Part shown: positions 9,799-21,199 of the stretch, in pieces | Position numbering within the stretch: position 1 is the first letter of the stretch | Layout of the letters: each line of letters begins with the position of its first letter | Assembly: GCA_965227775.1 (NCBI GenBank) | Contig: OZ245777.1 | Span: forward strand, 2,592,001-2,656,000 | Source of the DNA: Phycisphaerales bacterium | GTDB lineage: Bacteria > Planctomycetota > Phycisphaerae > Phycisphaerales > UBA1924 | Direction of reading: 5' to 3' | DNA: 64,000 nucleotides | Notes under the pieces: generated by a model | The model's database searches: none | Told to the model about the DNA's origin: nothing | Seen by the model: the letters and a program-made list of their open reading frames with translations, nothing else | Position numbers and translations under genes: made by a program

Positions 9799-10479
9799 TC
9801 AGGCGCCGGCCGGCTTGGCGTGTCCGGCCAGTAACTCGAGCAATTCTCGGTTGATGTCCCGAACACCTTCGAACGTCCGTCGAGCAGCGGCCACGACGCG
9901 TTCGCGAGACTCTTCGCTGAGATCGAGCGTATCGAGCCGGCTCTTGAAGCGAGCCCAAGTCTCGCGCTGTGCGGAGCCGTAGCTGTTCAGGTAACGAACC
10001 CCGTCCTGCTCGAGGCCGAGCGCGGGACCGATCTTCTTTGCGATGAAGCCGTTGCCATTGGTCGAGCCCTCGAGCACGTACTGGACGCCAATGAGCGCCG
10101 TTGGGTGCTCGCGGGCGGTGTCCTGGATCCAGCTCGTAAAGCTCTGCGTCGCCGGCACGGGCTGGACATCGGAGGGATTGACCGACAAAAACGCCAGGTC
10201 GGCCTCGAGCTTGCCGGTGTGGTGCAGGTCCTCGCTGTTGAGGGCCTTCACTTGATCGCACGAAGCATCGTCGAGGCACCCTTCGAGCGTGCGATGGACG
10301 AGATAGAGCTGGCCCAGATGGGCGGCGTATTCGTGCTTGCCCAATTCGCCCTTGACGAGCCGCTTCTGCAGATCGCCGCTCTCGGCCTGCTGGTGCAGGT
10401 CCCAGGTGCTGTCCTTGAGTGTGGAAGCGAATCCGGTCGCGGCCTCGGCCGGCCCGGTGTGCGTGGGTGGGTGTTGCAT
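9799..10479 (-). CDS. Biliverdin-producing heme oxygenase
   Basis: Proximal helix LKDSTWDLHQQAE (His ligand) and distal motif YVLEGSTNG. Confidence 0.88.
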   Translation of the reverse strand: MQHPPTHTGPAEAATGFASTLKDSTWDLHQQAESGDLQKRLVKGELGKHEYAAHLGQLYLVHRTLEGCLDDASCDQVKALNSEDLHHTGKLEADLAFLSVNPSDVQPVPATQSFTSWIQDTAREHPTALIGVQYVLEGSTNGNGFIAKKIGPALGLEQDGVRYLNSYGSAQRETWARFKSRLDTLDLSEESRERVVAAARRTFEGVRDINRELLELLAGHAKPAGA

Positions 10480-10515
10480 GCGTTTCTGGCTCCTGTGACG
10501 GCCAATCGTAGCGGC

Positions 10516-11538
10516 TCAGCCGGCGTCGAAGGCGTTCTGGAACGCCAGGAAATCGAAGATGTCGAGCGTGCAGTTGCCATCAAAGTCGGCCAGGGGATCG
10601 CCCGCATCGAAGGCGTTCTGGAACGCCAGGAAGTCGAAGATGCTCAGGTCGCCGTCTCCGTTGATGTCCGCGTCATCGACCGCAATTACGGTCAGCTCGA
10701 GTCGAGGCGAATAGCCCAAGATCGGGCTGATCGCGTTCTCCTTGGTGAAGAACGACGGGAATTCCGTCGAGCCAAGCTCGGCGCTGTGCATGCTCGTCAC
10801 GGTCAGGTTGACCTTACCCGCATCCAGCGAGGCGTCGAAGAAGGCCGCCGCCCCGGGAGCACACGTGTCGATGTCGAACGCAAACACGGTTTCTGCTGGC
10901 ACCAACTCGCCGACCGAGACGCCATCGGTCTGGCCAATCGCCAAGGGCGTGCTGTCGATCCGCTCACGCACCTGACGCGAGAGATCAACGACGTCGTCTA
11001 CGCCGGCATAGAACGCGGCAAACGCGTTACGGGCGCCCTCGGCCGGCGGAATGGTCGGGATGCCGCCGAACTCGCTGGTTTCTTGCCAGCTCTCGATCGT
11101 GAATCCATTGCGATAGCCGGTCGCGTACAGCTCGATGGGGCGGCCGGGCGTGGTATCCTCCACGAAGTCGGGGTCATCGATCGGGAAGAAGCTCGCGAGC
11201 GGGTCCGCCGAATCGTCGTACACAAACTGCAGGTCGTTGTCGATCACCAGCGTCACGCGAGCTGATATCACGCGGAACGCGCCAGCACCAAGCCCCGTGG
11301 GAATCTCGCTCGCTGTGTCGAAGCCAATGACGAACTGGCCATCACGATCGTCGAAGCCCTCGATGCCCGTCGCGCCGAAGACGGTCGCATTGGTCCGCGT
11401 GCCGGGCGTGGCGCTGAACGGGTAGTTCCAGCGATCGCGATCGGGCTCGTCGAACGAGAGCGAGATCGCGCCGGACTGTGCCAGCGTGGCACCGGCAAGA
11501 GCAAGTAGAGCGGCTGGAGCGATCGCAAAGCGTGGCAT
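10516..11538 (-). CDS. Secreted protein of unknown function with C-terminal dockerin module (lacks both terminal Cys)
   Basis: Signal peptide MPRFAIAPAALLALAGATLA; C-terminus DDADINGDG...FQNAFDAG*. Confidence 0.8.
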   Translation of the reverse strand: MPRFAIAPAALLALAGATLAQSGAISLSFDEPDRDRWNYPFSATPGTRTNATVFGATGIEGFDDRDGQFVIGFDTASEIPTGLGAGAFRVISARVTLVIDNDLQFVYDDSADPLASFFPIDDPDFVEDTTPGRPIELYATGYRNGFTIESWQETSEFGGIPTIPPAEGARNAFAAFYAGVDDVVDLSRQVRERIDSTPLAIGQTDGVSVGELVPAETVFAFDIDTCAPGAAAFFDASLDAGKVNLTVTSMHSAELGSTEFPSFFTKENAISPILGYSPRLELTVIAVDDADINGDGDLSIFDFLAFQNAFDAGDPLADFDGNCTLDIFDFLAFQNAFDAG

Positions 11539-11587
11539 GGACGGGTCTCCTCTTGGCTGGGCCGAAGAACTGGCCCGGTTTCTGGTT

Positions 11588-11627
11588 GCGATTGAGTCTC
11601 AGTTGCGTAGTATTGAATCTCCTTCGC
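11588..11627. promoter_or_regulatory. Two tandem Fur-like boxes in the divergent promoter region
   Basis: GCGATTGAG-T-CTCAGTTGC (9-1-9 inverted repeat, 7/9) and a second copy AGTATTGAATCTCCTTCGC exactly 21 bp downstream; lies upstream of the heme oxygenase operon. Confidence 0.6.
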
Positions 11628-11674
11628 TGCCAGTCAAGAATAATTCTGGTTTCACAGGAATCATCTCAGTGGCC

Positions 11675-12529
11675 ATGATGCACACCCGCTGCCGACACGC
11701 TGCCTTCACTCTGATCGAGCTGCTCGTCGTCATCGCGATCATCGCCGTCCTCATCTCGATCCTGCTTCCCAGCCTCGGCGCCGCCCGTGGTCTGGCCAAG
11801 TCGACCAGGGAGCTGGCAGCCGCCCAGCAGACGATGATCGCGTTCCAGCTCTACGCCCAGGACAACGACGGCCGCTTGCTCACAGGCATGCCCGATGTGC
11901 GCGACGTCGCAGGCCGCGATGCACCAGTCGACGATCTCGGCGAATCCATCAGCGATCCACGCATCGCACAGCGGTATCCGTGGAGGCTGGCTCCGTACCT
12001 CGACTACAACTTCCGAGGTCTCTACGACGAATCAGCGCTCGCAGCCTTGCGCGATCGCCGCGCCGACTTCCAGTACGTCGTAAGCCTCTATCCCACGCTG
12101 GGCATGAACGTTGCCTACGTCGGTGGGAGTGTGAACCACCTTGGCGATCGCACGAGCCAGCGGGTCTTTGGCAAGGTGTTCCTGGAGCGTGACGACCAGG
12201 CCACCAGGCCGACAGAGGTCATCGCCTTCGCCTCGGCTCGCTTCCGTGGCCCGGGCACGATCGAGGAGCTCCCAGATCCGGAGGGCTTCTTCAGGGTTGA
12301 GGCTCCGACCTTCGGCGCTGGCTGGCAGGACAGCTACGACGATCGTGCGCCCAACCCAGGCCTCAACAGCGGTTTCGTGAGCCTGCGCCACCCCGGTGGC
12401 GGGGGTGGAACGGCGGTCGCCGCCATGCTCGACGGCCACGCCGAGGTGCTCGGATGGCAGGACCTCCGCGATATGCGGCGGTGGGCCGATCAGGCGACGA
12501 GCGAGGATTGGCAGCCCGAGCCACGGTAG
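11675..12529 (+). CDS. Prepilin-type N-terminal cleavage/methylation protein (planctomycete DUF1559-like, H-Xn-DG C-terminus)
   Basis: AFTLIELLVVIAIIAVLISILLPSLGAAR; C-terminal RH...AVAAMLDGH. Confidence 0.88.
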   Translation: MMHTRCRHAAFTLIELLVVIAIIAVLISILLPSLGAARGLAKSTRELAAAQQTMIAFQLYAQDNDGRLLTGMPDVRDVAGRDAPVDDLGESISDPRIAQRYPWRLAPYLDYNFRGLYDESALAALRDRRADFQYVVSLYPTLGMNVAYVGGSVNHLGDRTSQRVFGKVFLERDDQATRPTEVIAFASARFRGPGTIEELPDPEGFFRVEAPTFGAGWQDSYDDRAPNPGLNSGFVSLRHPGGGGGTAVAAMLDGHAEVLGWQDLRDMRRWADQATSEDWQPEPR

Positions 12530-12660
12530 GTACTGAAGCGATCGACTCGCTGTCCCAAAATCACCGGCTCCAACTTCGGCATCTTCCGTTACCATGACCA
12601 GAACAGCCGCTCGACCCTGCTCGACTGCGGGAGGTAGCTGCTCTTGGAGGTACGGGGATG

Positions 12661-14400
12661 ATGGCAATGCACGGTCGGATCGGGCTGGCCACACGGTCTT
12701 TGCTTGCGATCATGTTTGGTTACGGGGCATCTGTTGCACTGGCGCAAACACCCGTCGGCGGCCCGATTCTCGACGATGTGACATGGACCGCCGCTGGCAG
12801 CCCGTATCAGATCGTGAGCAACATCATCGTGGGCGATGACGCCACGCTGACGATCGAGCCGGGCGTCACCGTGGAGTTCGACGACGACTTGGGCATAGAT
12901 GTTGGTTCGGCCTCGTTCGGGACCGGCACGCTCGTCGCCCGCGGCACTGCCAGCGAGCCGATCGTCTTCAAGCCGAGTGCGCCCGATCCCGCGCGTAGTC
13001 AATGGCAGGGCGTCTGTTTCACGCAATTCGCCGTTGATGGGCAGGTCGACCCCGATACAGGGGCCTACGTCAGCGGATCGATTGTGGAGCACGCGGAGTT
13101 CACCTTCGCCACCACAGCGCTCCTATTCGAGGAGGGTGTGGCCGTCGTGCGAGACACCGAGATGCACGAGTGCCTTTTCGCGGTCTCCGCCACTCTTGAG
13201 AGCGATCAGCAACTCCACGTCACCGATGTACAATCGCGGGACTGCCTCGGCGGCATCAATATCGTTCGAGGCCGAGGGCACGTCCTGACGAGGGTGGACG
13301 TTTCCGATGGCGGCATCATGCTGTTTGTCTCGGATGCGCCGGACGTGACCATCAATGGCGGGACACTGGAAGGCGCGACTTCCGTAGGGTTGAGCACGAG
13401 TCGCACAGATCGCCTGAAGCTCGAAGCGGTTCGATTCGATGGCAATCCCGCCAGGGGCCTTATCGTGAACGAAAGCGAGGATGTTGAGATCCGCGAGTGT
13501 TCATTCATCGACAACGGAGACAGCGGCGCGTTCCTATCCGATGTCCCGCGGATGCGGATCATCGATTGCGAGTTCCGAGGCAACATCTCCCCTGGCACTG
13601 GCTTTCCTGCCGCCGCCGGCCTCTCGATCTTCAGGGGCGACGACGCGGTCATCGAGGGGTGCGTGTTCGAGGCGAATGACACGCAGCAGCAACTACTTCC
13701 CCGAGGTGGCACGCTCATGCTGCGGCTTAGCGCGCGCGTCACGGTGACGGACGTGGACTTCACCCGCAATGACTCGTTGGTTGATGGTGGTGCCGCATTC
13801 ATCGAAGAGTCCCCCGGTGCAGTGTTCTCGGATGTACGCTTTACCGACAACCTCTCGGCAGAGCGCGGTGGGGCGGTCTACGTGCTCGAGAGCCCGGACG
13901 TGGTGTTCGAGGCGAGCACTTTCGAGGGCAACTCGGCCAGCGACGGGGGCGGTGTGTTCGTCGATGGCGGCTCGACGGGCATCAGCTTCGCGGGAGATCC
14001 GGATACCCGCGGGTTCAACGTGTTTGCCGACAACGAGGCCGATCGCGGCCAAGACATTTTCAATAACATGGACCTCGGCATCATCCCTGGCCAAGGCGAT
14101 ATCGACGCGAGCAACGTGTGCTGGGGCACGCTCGAGCAATTCGAGGTGCAGCAGCGCATCTGGGATGGCTTCGACGATCCACTGTTGGGATTTATCGTGG
14201 CCAACCCGCTGGTTGAGTGCGATTCTGATTGCCGGGCGGACATCGATGGCGATGGCGTGCTCACGATTTTCGACTTCCTTGGCTTCCAGAACGCCTTCGA
14301 TGCCGGCGACATCTCGATAGCCGACTTCGATGGCGATGGGGTGCTCACGATCTTCGACTTCCTCGCCTTCCAGAACGAGTTCGACGCGGGGTGTGGGTAG
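12661..14400 (+). CDS. Secreted right-handed beta-helix protein with C-terminal dockerin-GC module
   Basis: 'WTAAGSPY...TLTIEPGVTVEF' N-terminus, repeated 'FxxN..GGA' (GGAI/FxxN-type) motifs; ends ...FQNEFDAGCG. Confidence 0.85.
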   Translation: MAMHGRIGLATRSLLAIMFGYGASVALAQTPVGGPILDDVTWTAAGSPYQIVSNIIVGDDATLTIEPGVTVEFDDDLGIDVGSASFGTGTLVARGTASEPIVFKPSAPDPARSQWQGVCFTQFAVDGQVDPDTGAYVSGSIVEHAEFTFATTALLFEEGVAVVRDTEMHECLFAVSATLESDQQLHVTDVQSRDCLGGINIVRGRGHVLTRVDVSDGGIMLFVSDAPDVTINGGTLEGATSVGLSTSRTDRLKLEAVRFDGNPARGLIVNESEDVEIRECSFIDNGDSGAFLSDVPRMRIIDCEFRGNISPGTGFPAAAGLSIFRGDDAVIEGCVFEANDTQQQLLPRGGTLMLRLSARVTVTDVDFTRNDSLVDGGAAFIEESPGAVFSDVRFTDNLSAERGGAVYVLESPDVVFEASTFEGNSASDGGGVFVDGGSTGISFAGDPDTRGFNVFADNEADRGQDIFNNMDLGIIPGQGDIDASNVCWGTLEQFEVQQRIWDGFDDPLLGFIVANPLVECDSDCRADIDGDGVLTIFDFLGFQNAFDAGDISIADFDGDGVLTIFDFLAFQNEFDAGCG

Positions 14401-14439
14401 CCAAGCAGGCCTGGACCATCGACCATACCATCACGGCCC

Positions 14440-15831
14440 ATGCCCGAGACCTCGAAAAAGATCGATCTGCTCGAAGAGCTCCGCTGGCGGGGATTGCTCC
14501 ACCAGTGCACCGACGAGGAGGGGCTCGCAGAGCACCTGAACCTTCGTGACGGTGACAGGCCACGCCGTATCTACTGCGGCTTCGACCCGACCGCCGACTC
14601 GCTGACCATCGGCAATCTCGTGCCCATCATGACCCTTGTCCACGTGGCCCGGGCCGGGCACGAGCCGGTGGTGGTCATGGGCGGGGGCACCGGGCTCGTC
14701 GGCGATCCTTCGGGCAAATCTGCGGAGCGGAGCCTGATCAGTCGTGACGGGATCGAGAGCAACGTGCACGCCCAGCGGCCAATCTTCGGCAGCGTGTTCG
14801 CGGGCGCCGGCCTTGCCGATCCTCCGATCCTGAACAACCTCGAGTGGCTTGGCAAGGTCAGCTTCCTCGACGCCCTGCGAGACGTCGGCAAGCACTTCAG
14901 CGTGAACCAGATGATCCAGCGGGACTCAGTCCGTGACCGGCTGCACGGCCGCGAGCAGGGCATCAGCTTCACCGAGTTCAGCTACATGATCCTCCAGTCG
15001 CTCGATTTCGCGCATCTACACCTGACCAAGAAGGTCACCGTGCAGTGCGGCGGCAGCGACCAGTGGGGAAATATCGTCTCGGGCATCGATCTCATTCGCA
15101 GGCTGATGGTCGAGCTTCCCATGACCCGGCAACGGCCCGCGTGGCTAAGCACGGAGGCGGGCGACACGGTCGTGCGGGAAGAGCTCGAACGCAGGGCCGC
15201 GGCTTTTGGGTTCACGGTGCCACTTGTGACCAAGGCCGACGGCTCCAAGTTTGGCAAGAGCGAGAGCGGTGCGGTGTGGCTCACCAAGGAACGCACAACC
15301 TGCTACGAGTACTCGCAGTTCTGGCTCAACACCGCCGACGCGGACGTCGAGCGATTCCTCAAGATTTTCACGCTGCTGGACCGCAGTGAGATCGAGGAGA
15401 TCATGCGCCGCCACGAGCAGGCGCCCGGCCGCAGGTACGCGCAGAAGACGCTCGCGAGCCAGGCCGCCACACTCCGGTACGGCGAGGACGAGGCCAGCAG
15501 CGCGCTGCGCGCGGGCGAGGCGTTGTTCTCAGGCGACCTTTCGTCGCTGGATGCGGACGGGCTGGAAGCTGCTATCGCCGACGCACCGAGCATCAACCAC
15601 CCGCGTGCCGACCTTGCAGCAGGACTCCAGCTCATCGATCTGCTTCTGGCAACCGAACTCGCCTCGAGCAAGCGCGAGGCCCGTGAGTTCCTTGCCGCCG
15701 GCGCCATCCGCGTCAACGGCAATCCCCACGACGGTTCTTCGCCGATCACCGCCGATGACTTATTGCATGATCGCCTGACCGTGCTCAAGCGCGGCAAGAA
15801 GAAGCAAGCGGTCGTGCGCTGGGTCGACTAA
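14440..15831 (+). CDS. tyrS: Tyrosine--tRNA ligase
   Basis: YCGFDPTADSLTIGN, GGSDQWGNI, KFGKS, C-terminal S4 domain KRGKK. Confidence 0.97.
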   Translation: MPETSKKIDLLEELRWRGLLHQCTDEEGLAEHLNLRDGDRPRRIYCGFDPTADSLTIGNLVPIMTLVHVARAGHEPVVVMGGGTGLVGDPSGKSAERSLISRDGIESNVHAQRPIFGSVFAGAGLADPPILNNLEWLGKVSFLDALRDVGKHFSVNQMIQRDSVRDRLHGREQGISFTEFSYMILQSLDFAHLHLTKKVTVQCGGSDQWGNIVSGIDLIRRLMVELPMTRQRPAWLSTEAGDTVVREELERRAAAFGFTVPLVTKADGSKFGKSESGAVWLTKERTTCYEYSQFWLNTADADVERFLKIFTLLDRSEIEEIMRRHEQAPGRRYAQKTLASQAATLRYGEDEASSALRAGEALFSGDLSSLDADGLEAAIADAPSINHPRADLAAGLQLIDLLLATELASSKREAREFLAAGAIRVNGNPHDGSSPITADDLLHDRLTVLKRGKKKQAVVRWVD

Positions 15832-16631
15832 ACGGTGGCGGCCTTCCGCAGCCGAACGAGCAGGTCGTTGAGCTGCGTGCGAGCCTGGCGGGGCGGGGCC
15901 TCGGGCAACCCGCTCTTCTCGGCTGCTGCTTCCAGCCGCTCGTTCAGCGTCGCAAACTGCTCGTGATGGAAGCCAAGGTCCGCCTCGCCCAGTGGCTGGG
16001 TCTCGGCCCCGGTCACCTTGCGTTCGATGAGTTCGTCGATCATGGACACGCGAAACTTCTCGTTGAGCGTGCGAAGGTTGCTCTCCATCACCTGGTCTTC
16101 CATCAGGTGGATACCCGCGAGTAGTGGGCGGTAACTGTAGAGAAGACCCTTCACCGTGCCCTGGCTCGGGCCCGCCACCTTCTCCCACTGATTGCTTGCA
16201 AACCTCCGGAAGTGGTGGCGGTGATGCCGCGTCAGGCAGCGCATCGCGACGTCGCGCAGCTCGGCGAAGCCCTCACCCGCGTGCACGACCAACGGCGAGA
16301 CGATCTGCTCGAGCACGTATCCGTTGCGCCCGAGCAGCATCGTGAAGAACTTATGGACATCGTGGGTCACCAAGTCCATCTCGACCTCGGCGTCGCGGTC
16401 GAGCACCTCGTACGTCTCCCGCGGCGTATCAAGACCGATCATGCTCTCAAGGTCGATCACGTGCGCACCGCGCAGGTCATAATCGCTGTCTGGAGATGCG
16501 AAGCCGTAGAGGTGGGCGCCGCTGACGGTCACGAACAGCAGGTTCGGGTAGTGGGGGTGGGCTTCCAAGTAGGGCTCGATGAGCTCCTGGCGCAGCGGAT
16601 GGCTCGCGGTGATAGTCGGGTAGCTCATCAC
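15828..16631 (-). CDS. Nucleotidyltransferase domain protein (YcgL/RlaP-like, pol-beta family)
   Basis: SGAHLYGFASPDSDYDLRG and NGYVLEQIVSP motifs. Confidence 0.85.
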   Translation of the reverse strand: MMSYPTITASHPLRQELIEPYLEAHPHYPNLLFVTVSGAHLYGFASPDSDYDLRGAHVIDLESMIGLDTPRETYEVLDRDAEVEMDLVTHDVHKFFTMLLGRNGYVLEQIVSPLVVHAGEGFAELRDVAMRCLTRHHRHHFRRFASNQWEKVAGPSQGTVKGLLYSYRPLLAGIHLMEDQVMESNLRTLNEKFRVSMIDELIERKVTGAETQPLGEADLGFHHEQFATLNERLEAAAEKSGLPEAPPRQARTQLNDLLVRLRKAATV

Positions 16632-16749
16632 ACATAAGCGTATCGAACAGGGAAGCGACCATGCTGCACGTTCGACTTATCTGGCAATCCCCTATCCGCA
16701 CATGGCGACATGGCCTTTGGTGGCCCTGGGGGGTATCCTGATCCTCTAG

Positions 16750-16766
16750 TTTAGAATCATTCCAGA
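16750..16766. promoter_or_regulatory. PerR/Fur-family operator upstream of katG
   Basis: TTTAGAAT-C-ATTCCAGA, an AT-rich 8-1-8 imperfect palindrome ~60 bp before the katG ATG. Confidence 0.5.
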
Positions 16767-16828
16767 TCGCTGCCGCTCCCGGGCAAGGGGCGGCCCAGCG
16801 ACTTTCCGAGCATGAAGGAGACACCAAT

Positions 16829-19138
<2,310 letters not shown>

Positions 19139-19166
19139 CTCGCGGCGGCGACATGAATCGAAGCAC

Positions 19167-19198
19167 CAGCGCCCGGGCAAGAGTCCGGGCGTTGTCTT
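19167..19198 (+). terminator. Probable intrinsic terminator after katG
   Basis: CAGCGCCCGGGC-AAGA-GTCCGGGCGTTG stem followed by TCTT. Confidence 0.55.
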
Positions 19199-19293
19199 GC
19201 GCGGACCGCCGGAGCCCAGTGATCGGAGAGGTAGCCGGACCAGGGACTTGCACAGGGATCAGCCGGACCAGACTGAGGATTCCCCGATCGCAA

Positions 19294-19364
19294 TAAAACA
19301 TGCGTTTGACCCGGGGCAGCCGGGCGGCTATTTTCAAACATCTGTACCAAAACAGGTGTTTGAA
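19294..19364 (+). promoter_or_regulatory. Sigma-70 promoter overlapped by TetR operators
   Basis: TTGACC(19306)-N17-TATTTT(19329); three AAAC-N4-GTTT-type half-palindromes; long inverted repeat TTCAAACATCTGT-N6-ACAGGTGTTTGAA (12/13) ending at the TetR start. Confidence 0.75.
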
Positions 19365-20053
19365 TGAAGGCCACAGCCGGACCACACAAGTCGCAAGCCC
19401 AAACCGCCCCCGACGACACTCGGGAACGCCTCGTGCACACCGCGGGAGAGGAATTCGCGAAGGTCGGATTCCAAGCCGCCAGCGTGCGGACAATCTGCGA
19501 TGCCGCGGGGGCCAACGTCTCGGCCGTGAAGTACCACTTCGGCTCCAAAGAAGGACTGTACCTGGCGGTGTGGGCGGTCGCGGCCGAGCAGATGGTGTCG
19601 GCAGAGCCCATGCCGAGGCTCGCAGATGGAGACAACCCACGCGATGCGCTCCGAAAGCTCGTCGCCTGGTTCATGCGGCTGGTCTTGACCGAAAGCGAGT
19701 CGCACCCCTGGGCAGGTCGGCTTCTCGCCCACGAGACAGTTACGCCCACGCCCGGCGCACTCGACATGTTCGTGCAGCACTGCGCCGGCCCGATCAAGGA
19801 CGAGATGTCGCGAGTCGTCCGAGCGGTGGTCGGAAGGAAGCTCGGCCGGAAGACGCACGACGACCTTGTCTATGGCGTCATCGCGCTCTGCGTGAACGCC
19901 AAGCACTGCCGCGAGATCCTCACGCTCCTCGGGCACCCGCCCCCAACCACGAAGGCTGGTATCAACCGCATGGCGGCAACACTGGCGGAGTTTGCGATTC
20001 GGGGCCTCGATGGCTTTTCCGAAAACGCCCAGGCGCAGGAAGGGCACGCCTGA
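19364..20053 (+). CDS. TetR-family regulator (CerR/DUF1956-like C-terminus)
   Basis: HTH 'ASVRTICDAAGANVSAVKYHFGSKEGLY'. Confidence 0.9.
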   Translation: MKATAGPHKSQAQTAPDDTRERLVHTAGEEFAKVGFQAASVRTICDAAGANVSAVKYHFGSKEGLYLAVWAVAAEQMVSAEPMPRLADGDNPRDALRKLVAWFMRLVLTESESHPWAGRLLAHETVTPTPGALDMFVQHCAGPIKDEMSRVVRAVVGRKLGRKTHDDLVYGVIALCVNAKHCREILTLLGHPPPTTKAGINRMAATLAEFAIRGLDGFSENAQAQEGHA

Positions 20054-21195
20054 TGCTTCGGACGGCCCTACGAATGCTGCTGGGAGACTCCACCAAGTGC
20101 CTTGGCTTGGTCTTCGGCGTGGCTTTAAGCACGCTGCTGGTCTGCCAGCAGGTCTCGATCTTCTTTGGGTTGCTCGGCCGAGCCTCGAGCGTAGTTCGAG
20201 ACGTCCGCGAGGCCGACGTCTGGGTAATGGACCCGAGCGTCAAGACGGTCGACGCGCCATTCCCGCTGCGCGACACGGCTTTGCAGCGTGTCCGAGGTGT
20301 GGAAGGCGTTGCCTGGGCGGTTCCGTTCTTTCGTGCCAACGTGCAGGTTCGCACGCGCGAGGGCACGCTCGAGAATGCCATTATCTTGGGCATCGATGAC
20401 GCATCGCTTGTTGGCGTACCAGACGCGTTCCTGCTCGGATCCATCGAAGATTTGACGATGCCGGACAGCATCGCGGTGAATCCTGCTGGTTTCCGGTTGC
20501 TCTTCCCCGGACAAGAGCTGGACGTTGGTCGGGTCATCGAGCTGAACGACCAGAGGGCGCGGATCGCCGCCATCGTCGACGCGTCGCCGGCGTTCAGCGC
20601 GAACCTCACGATCTACACCCGCTACAGCCTGGCCACCCAGTACACCAATAACGGGCGCAACCAGCTCAGCTTCGTGCTGGCCAAGGCCGCCGATCCGGAG
20701 CAGCGAGAAGCCGTGGCCGCAGCCATCGCCGAGCAGACGGGCCTGAAAGCAGTCACAAGCGATCAGTTCCGGCTCGAGTCGATTATCTACATCCTCAAGA
20801 ACACGGGTATCCCGGTGAGCTTCGGGACCGTCGTGTTCCTGGGCGTGCTCATCGGGATTGCGATCGTCGGGCTGACGTTCAACCAGTTCATCTCGGAGAA
20901 TCTCCGGCAGTACGCGGCGCTCAAGGCCATCGGCGTACGCAACGGACGGCTTCTGCTCATGACGCTGTTCCAGGCCGCGTTCGTTGGTGCCATCGGCTAT
21001 GGGCTCGGCTTGTTCGCCGCCTCGCAGTTCTTCAACTGGCCGTCCAAGAACGTGGACGCCCTGCGTGGGTTCTACCTGCTGCCCGAGGTCGCCATCGGCG
21101 TTGCCGTGATGGCAACTGTGATCGTCTTCAGCTCCACGATACTCAGCATGCGGCGAGTGCTGGTCGTTGATCCAGCCACGGTCTTCCGAGGGTGA
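20053..21195 (+). CDS. ABC transporter permease (FtsX/DevC-like)
   Basis: MLRTALRMLLGD..., 'ENLRQYAALKAIG', 'VDPATVFRG'; TGATG coupling to the TetR gene. Confidence 0.9.
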   Translation: MLRTALRMLLGDSTKCLGLVFGVALSTLLVCQQVSIFFGLLGRASSVVRDVREADVWVMDPSVKTVDAPFPLRDTALQRVRGVEGVAWAVPFFRANVQVRTREGTLENAIILGIDDASLVGVPDAFLLGSIEDLTMPDSIAVNPAGFRLLFPGQELDVGRVIELNDQRARIAAIVDASPAFSANLTIYTRYSLATQYTNNGRNQLSFVLAKAADPEQREAVAAAIAEQTGLKAVTSDQFRLESIIYILKNTGIPVSFGTVVFLGVLIGIAIVGLTFNQFISENLRQYAALKAIGVRNGRLLLMTLFQAAFVGAIGYGLGLFAASQFFNWPSKNVDALRGFYLLPEVAIGVAVMATVIVFSSTILSMRRVLVVDPATVFRG

Positions 21196-21199
21196 TGCC

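Noticed and set aside
5300..10479. RND pump co-transcribed with heme oxygenase as a biliverdin exporter
   Set aside because: An intrinsic terminator (9754-9775) separates them; the linkage may be incidental.
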